A stretch of DNA of 32,000 nt, from the NCBI GenBank assembly GCA_021713395.1, contig JAKJJT010000014.1:2628-34627 (forward strand). The letters run 5' to 3'. A program made the position numbers and the translations under genes. This stretch comes from Thiotrichales bacterium 19S9-11. GTDB taxonomy: Bacteria; Pseudomonadota; Gammaproteobacteria; Francisellales; Francisellaceae. The notes under the pieces were generated by a model. That model worked only from the letters and a program-made list of their open reading frames with translations. It made no database searches and was not told where the DNA came from. Shown in pieces: positions 27,895 to 32,000 of the stretch; the stretch's first letter is position 1; each line of letters opens with the position of its first letter.

Positions 27895-28338
27895 ATGCCA
27901 AATTTTTCTATTTATAAGGATAAAGTTCGTCCATTTGAAGTTGATTTTGAAAATATTGTACATCATGCAAACTACTTAATATGGTGTGAAAACTCTAGAT
28001 TTAATCTTTTTGAAACTATTATAGGAACACCAATTGAAAAATTTAAATCACAACAAAATACGGATATCATAATTCTTGAGGCTAACGTTAAATACTTAAA
28101 GTCTTTTAAACTAGGTGACCACTACTATGCTAAATCACGAATTGAAAAAGTAAGTAACTTAAAATTTAAATTCATTGATTACATATACAACAACTCTAAT
28201 GAGTTATGTATAAAAGGAGAATTTATTTCAGTTGGAATTGATTCAACTACTAAAAAACCTAATAGAGCTTTAATATCAAAACTAGAAAGCTATTTCTCAG
28301 CTAGCTTTTCTGATGAAAATTACGCGGTAAGTGCATAA
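27895..28338 (+). CDS. 4HBT/YbgC-like hotdog-fold acyl-CoA thioesterase
   Basis: VRPFEVDFENIVHHANYLIWCENSRFNLFE matches the YbgC-type N-terminal motif. I prefer the ATG at 27895 (AGAGGA RBS 5 nt upstream) over the GTG at 27871. Confidence 0.75.
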   Translation: MPNFSIYKDKVRPFEVDFENIVHHANYLIWCENSRFNLFETIIGTPIEKFKSQQNTDIIILEANVKYLKSFKLGDHYYAKSRIEKVSNLKFKFIDYIYNNSNELCIKGEFISVGIDSTTKKPNRALISKLESYFSASFSDENYAVSA

Positions 28339-28872
28339 AATTTCGCTAAAATTTATTATTTGTATTTTTTCAGACGTCGTATATCTAATAGATACATGCT
28401 TTTGAGTTAATCGTTGAGCGAAACTAATAATATTTTTGTTTTTTAATTTTATGATATATATTCCCTCTTCCTTCCAGCTCAGCCTTTCTTTCTTTCCCCC
28501 AATAAAGTCTCCTTTATTTAAAAGAGGTTTCATATAGTCATTATCCATGCTCAATACAAAAGATTCTTGATTATTGGACTTAAATGACTCTATATCTAAT
28601 AATGCATCATTTGGAGCACTTAAATTTAAGCAACTTATTGGCGACACTCCTGATCCATCAAAGAGCCAATCACTAGATACTTGCAATCCAAGCTCTAAAA
28701 ATATCTCACTTAATTTATCACATTTCTTTTTAGAAAGTTTCTCAGACTTTTCCCAATTTCTAAATGTCGTCTCTGGGATATTAAATTTAATAAATTCAGA
28801 TCTCGGAACTTTTAAAAGTGTTTTTCTTATAAAATTTACTCTATTTCCTGAATTATTCACATTACAGTCCAA
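28297..28872 (-). CDS. CI/LexA-like repressor: XRE-type HTH + S24-like domain with substituted catalytic residues
   Basis: N-terminal HTH ending ...SSDWLFDGSG. In the C-terminal domain SMDNDYMKP occupies the place of the GDSM-x-P block (Ser replaced by Tyr), and AQRL occupies the place of KRL (Lys replaced by Gln). Confidence 0.65.
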   Translation of the reverse strand: MDCNVNNSGNRVNFIRKTLLKVPRSEFIKFNIPETTFRNWEKSEKLSKKKCDKLSEIFLELGLQVSSDWLFDGSGVSPISCLNLSAPNDALLDIESFKSNNQESFVLSMDNDYMKPLLNKGDFIGGKKERLSWKEEGIYIIKLKNKNIISFAQRLTQKHVSIRYTTSEKIQIINFSEILCTYRVIFIRKAS

Positions 28873-29416
28873 TCATTAATTTTCTTGTTAAATCTATCAA
28901 TTTTTTTGTCTCTGAAACAGGCATTTTAGCACAAAAAAAATGATCATCAACTGCTCCACCAATCCCAGATATTTCAATATAATTAATTGATTTATAAGCC
29001 AAACCAAATCCATTTCCATATTTTCCATACATTTTACGTTCAACATCAACATCCTTAGATTCAGGCGTTATAATTGGGCATGAGTTCCAGTGTATTAGTT
29101 TGGGAACAATCATCTTATTATCTAATACTGAAAATGCATGTTGATATAAGTGATCATAATTAATCAATTCATGTTTTATATAATAGTCATTCCAATCTTT
29201 ATTACTTGAAAAATAATATTTTCTTTTCAAGTTATTATCTATTATGAATAATGAAAAAAAGTTTAACCTATACTTTGATTTCAATCGATAAAACTCATTA
29301 GTTACTTCACAGTTATCATTTAAAAAATGCCTAATAAAAAGATACTTATTTTTAGTAACTTCAATAGTATTATCGATAACCTTTTCTTCATTAGATAAAA
29401 ATATATGTCTAGACAT
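28862..29416 (-). CDS. LuxR-type autoinducer-binding domain protein without a DNA-binding domain
   Basis: 184 aa. DWNDYYIKHELINYDH reproduces the W-x3-Y-x8-D spacing of TraR/LasR. VERKMYGKYGNGFGLAY parallels the ER-x-FY...G...G block. No GerE HTH. Overlaps the downstream repressor gene by 11 nt. Confidence 0.5.
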   Translation of the reverse strand: MSRHIFLSNEEKVIDNTIEVTKNKYLFIRHFLNDNCEVTNEFYRLKSKYRLNFFSLFIIDNNLKRKYYFSSNKDWNDYYIKHELINYDHLYQHAFSVLDNKMIVPKLIHWNSCPIITPESKDVDVERKMYGKYGNGFGLAYKSINYIEISGIGGAVDDHFFCAKMPVSETKKLIDLTRKLMIGL

Positions 29417-29451
29417 ACTGTAAACTTCTATGTTTCACTCATCCATAAATA

Positions 29452-29465
29452 ATGATATCTATCAT
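29452..29465. promoter_or_regulatory. candidate operator palindrome upstream of the regulator pair
   Basis: ATGATA-tc-TATCAT, with perfect 6-bp arms, 36 nt upstream of the 29416 start. Confidence 0.3.
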
Positions 29466-29548
29466 ATACGACTCAATATCAAACTGGCAATTTTTTTGTA
29501 TAAATATTTTAATTTATGCCATTTTATATCAACAAAGAGTTTAGCTAA

Positions 29549-30751
29549 TTAGGAGCTTTTAATATCATCTAAGTAATTAGCCCAAACCTGCATCATCCTC
29601 ACTCGTTCATCTAAATATTCTGCGTGATTATAAGCTGCTCTAACTTTATTCCGTTCTTCATGTGCCATTTGTTTCTCAATAATATCCCCATTAATTACAA
29701 ACTTACTCTTATTATTGTTTAACAATGTTGTAGCTAAATGCCTAAAGCCATGAGCTGTCATCTTAACTTTGTTCACTCCATCATACCCTAAACGCTTTTG
29801 AATGACCTTCCGTAGAGTTTCTACATGAAGGTGTGATCCCCTTCTTTCAGAATAAAATACATATCGATTATGACCATTAATCTGTTTTAAGCTTTCTAGA
29901 ATATCCAGAGCTTGGTTAGACAAAGGTATAATATGTTTTCTTTTCATTTTCATTTTTTCAGCTGGAATAATCCAAAGTTTGTTATCAAAATTAATTTCAG
30001 ACCATTCTGCTTCTACAATATTACTTGGCCGTAAAAATACTAAAGGTTGTAGTTTCAAAGCTGCCCCTGAAATAGGATCACCTTGATAGCTATCAATAGA
30101 TCTTAATAGTTGACCAATACTTTCAATGTCATCAATAAAAGCAAAATGTTTAGATGCCGGTTTTTTAACATAACCTCTAAAGGCAACAGCAGGGTTGTTA
30201 TTACAAGCTTCTTCCAACATAGCAAAATTAAATACATTTTCAATAATACCTCTAATGCGCATTGCAGTCTCATAAACCCCTTTAGATGTGATTTTATCAA
30301 GGATGTTTTTTATATCTTTAACCGTAATTAAATGTATCTTTTTATGAGATAAAAAAGGCACAATGTGCCGATCAATCCGATTTTTAATATCTTTCTCAAC
30401 TTTCTTACTAGTATAGTTCGCCTTGTTTTTATCAAACCATCTCCACAGATAATAACCAAAAGTATCATAGCTATTCTGAGCCATTTTATTCTTCTTTTTT
30501 TCATTACAAGGATCTTTGCCATCATTAATCGCTATGCGGGCTAAGTCTCTTACTTTACGTGCGTCTTTAAGTGAAGTGTCAGGATAAGAACCTATAGACA
30601 TAGTCTTACGTTTACCATCAAACCTATAATCAAAGCGCCACAGTAGTCCTCCAGATGGCTTAACCAGAATATATAACCCTTTTTCATCTGAAATTTTATA
30701 TTGTTTTTCTTTTACTTGAATTGATCTTAAGTGTGCTATAGTTAATGGCAT
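29549..30751 (-). CDS. int: P4-type tyrosine integrase
   Basis: MPLTIAHLRSIQVKEKQYKISDEKGLYILVKPSGGLLWRFDYRFDGKRKTMSIGSYPDTSLKDAR is the typical N-terminal arm-binding domain. The C-terminus has HGFRH and a final Y. Start moved to ATG 30751, which has an AAGGTAAGGA RBS. Confidence 0.92.
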   Translation of the reverse strand: MPLTIAHLRSIQVKEKQYKISDEKGLYILVKPSGGLLWRFDYRFDGKRKTMSIGSYPDTSLKDARKVRDLARIAINDGKDPCNEKKKNKMAQNSYDTFGYYLWRWFDKNKANYTSKKVEKDIKNRIDRHIVPFLSHKKIHLITVKDIKNILDKITSKGVYETAMRIRGIIENVFNFAMLEEACNNNPAVAFRGYVKKPASKHFAFIDDIESIGQLLRSIDSYQGDPISGAALKLQPLVFLRPSNIVEAEWSEINFDNKLWIIPAEKMKMKRKHIIPLSNQALDILESLKQINGHNRYVFYSERRGSHLHVETLRKVIQKRLGYDGVNKVKMTAHGFRHLATTLLNNNKSKFVINGDIIEKQMAHEERNKVRAAYNHAEYLDERVRMMQVWANYLDDIKSS

Positions 30752-30786
30752 GTCCTTACCTTTAAAAAATTTATACAACTATGTTA

Positions 30787-30810
30787 AAAGTACCGTCAAA
30801 AGTACCGTCA
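30787..30810. repeat. exact 12-bp tandem repeat (AAAGTACCGTCA x2) between int and the att core; candidate arm-type Int site or int operator
   Basis: Copies at 30787-30798 and 30799-30810 are identical. Confidence 0.45.
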
Positions 30811-30929
30811 AATATTCAATGTTGTAATCATAGAGAAAATGATTAAGAAATACAATAAACCTTTTAGATTAAGGATCTTGTCATTTTTTTAAAGCTGAGA
30901 AAGATGGTTAAACTTCACTAGACCAATAC

Positions 30930-30974
30930 CTCCTAAGGAGTAGGTCAGAGGTTCGAATCCTCTTCGGGACACCA
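30930..30974 (+). other. 3' portion of a tRNA-Arg(CCU) gene (anticodon loop to CCA), i.e. an att core repeat (attR or attP)
   Basis: Loop CTCCTAA (U33, anticodon CCT, A37) at 30930-30936. Stem GGAGT, variable loop AGGTC, T-arm AGAGG-TTCGAAT-CCTCT, acceptor TCGGGAC, then A-CCA. No complementary 5' acceptor strand (GTCCCGA) or D-arm upstream, so this is not a complete gene. Confidence 0.7.
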
Positions 30975-31185
30975 TAAAAAACCCTTATTTTATATATATT
31001 TTATTTAATATAATTTATTATTAAAAATTTTCGATCAATTTATTTGGGTACCACAGGGGTACCAAGAAAATTTCAATTTTTCCAAATAATGCTAAAATTC
31101 TCATGCCATATTCAAATTTTTTAAGTGCAAATGCAAAAGGCAAAAAAACTCATCAATTAATTAACCTCAGCATCTGTTATAAAAG

Positions 31186-31597
31186 TCACGCATTAATCTG
31201 ATTTATTTTCATCCAAGGTGACCCTCTTTTTATTACAGAACTGATAATAGCAATCAACTTGTTCATAATAGCTACTAATGCAACTTTAGATGGCTTACCT
31301 TTAAGTTTTAAGCGTTGGTAAAACTCCTTCATTTCTGGTGAATGTTTCAAACTAGCTACGGCAGCCATATACAAAGCCTTTCTAACAATTTTCCTGCCGC
31401 CAAATATAAATCGTTTGCCTTAAAGGCCTTTCATAACCACCAGTTGGTTCAAATACAATAACATAATCTTTTTGTTCATCTAGGGAATTAAGAAATAAAT
31501 TAATCTCCCGTATTGAGTTTTTAATTACTATATCTTGACCATTAAAATGAATTTGTAATTCTATTTTTCCAATATCAATACCAATATACGTTATCAT
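31186..31597 (-). pseudogene. IS110-family (DEDD) transposase remnant with internal deletion
   Basis: N-terminal 71 aa MITYIGIDIGK...VFEPTGGYERPL, and C-terminal 62 aa ...YMAAVASLKHSPEMKEFYQRLKLKGKPSKVALVAIMNKL. The roughly 200 central residues are missing. Confidence 0.8.
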
Positions 31598-31829
31598 AAT
31601 GAGTCCTTATTCTATATACTGTTGAATGGTTAACATTATCCTTACTTGCGGTAAGATTCGAGGCTCGCCCTCATGTCATCTGTTCGGATATGGTTAACTT
31701 AATGAGTGGAGAACCTAGACTGAGGTTCGGTAATGAAATACCTTATTCGATTAACGGTTCCTCTACTCACCCCTTAAAAGTGGATCAGACTTTTAAGGTT
31801 TATTCAATTTCATAATACAAGTTCGATAA
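31598..31829 (-). ncRNA. 5' non-coding end of the IS110-family remnant; possible bridge-RNA-type ncRNA region
   Basis: About 230 bp, ORF-free, locally GC-richer, directly upstream of the transposase start. Contains the repeated tggttaac (once in aatggttaacatta, once in atatggttaactta). The call rests on position and family knowledge only. Confidence 0.25.
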
Positions 31830-32000
31830 TTAATTTTTCACATAAGTAATCTTCTTTTGGGCTGAAATTTTAATTGGGCTAATTACCCATGCAGCTAAAG
31901 CAGATAATAAATGAGTCATGGCATTTTTAACCGAACGATGTCTAGTATGCCAAAGCATTAATGAGTTTTTTAAATGATCAAATAGAGTTTCAATCATACT
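31830..32000 (-). CDS. C-terminal end of a DDE transposase (IS4/IS5/IS982-like), N-terminus beyond window
   Basis: Own translation: ...SMIETLFDHLKNSLMLWHTRHRSVKNAMTHLLSALAAWVISPIKISAQKKITYVKN with stop TAA at 31830-31832. IE..F..LK...H.RHRS is a typical C-terminal DDE-transposase block. Confidence 0.5.
   Translation of the reverse strand, partial: SMIETLFDHLKNSLMLWHTRHRSVKNAMTHLLSALAAWVISPIKISAQKKITYVKN

Larger units (their letters stand above)
3252..30974 (-). mobile_element. integrative/conjugative element with F-type T4SS (minimum extent; left boundary not determined, may extend beyond base 1)
   Basis: A complete MPF-F gene set, a coupling protein, a tyrosine integrase next to a tRNA 3' remnant, an AlpA-type excisionase-like gene and a replication module. 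No second copy of the tRNA-derived repeat was seen in the window. Confidence 0.65.

Noticed and set aside
5571-30525. Numerous 60-95-aa ORFs nested inside or antisense to larger genes (5571..5780, 10492..10716, 10840..11025, 12054..12332, 12324..12563, 13286..13501, 14156..14368, 18879..19073, 21269..21454, 21670..21870, 22102..22380, 23622..23810, 26405..26644, 27008..27205, 27141..27362, 28574..28879, 30103..30300, 30110..30331, 30328..30525)
   Set aside because: All lie wholly within confidently assigned genes in other frames or strands, and none carries a recognisable motif. These are typical shadow ORFs of AT-rich DNA.
30898-30974. Complete tRNA (or tmRNA) gene at the integrase-proximal end
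   Set aside because: The T-arm, acceptor 3' strand and anticodon loop are clear. However, no complementary 5' acceptor strand (GTCCCGA), D-arm or 5' anticodon-stem strand exists upstream. The acceptor end also does not fit the tmRNA GGGG.../...CCACCA pattern. I therefore treat it as a 3' remnant.

Overview
The window is visibly AT-rich. It is dominated by one long minus-strand F-type (MPF-F) conjugative transfer operon in the classical F order: traA-L-E-K-B-V-C-trbI-traW-U-trbC-traN-F-trbB-traH-G-(small ORF)-traT-traD, spanning about 5.4-25.0 kb. To its right lie a phage-like replication module (replisome organizer carrying internal 11-bp-period iterons, plus a DnaC/IstB-like loader) and an AlpA-type regulator/excisionase. 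Next come a hotdog thioesterase and a regulator pair made of a LuxR-type ligand-binding-domain-only protein and a CI-like repressor with a degenerate S24 domain. A P4-type tyrosine integrase and a 45-nt tRNA-Arg(CCU) 3' remnant (att site) follow. This indicates an integrative/conjugative, possibly also replicative, element. No canonical relaxase is visible; a wHTH + PD-(D/E)XK 'replication-relaxation'-like gene occupies the traI slot after traD. Further left are an orphan 418-aa gene, a cluster of TTAGGA(A/T)A sites, and a roughly 570-bp ORF-free GC-rich island built from four related imperfect hairpins and nested inverted repeats. I consider this island the most unexplained structure in the window. 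Beyond it are an Rpn-family nuclease, a GFA-family protein and a partial ORF. The right edge carries an internally deleted IS110-family transposase remnant and the C-terminal end of a second DDE transposase. All calls come from reading the sequence and recalling motifs; no database search was possible.
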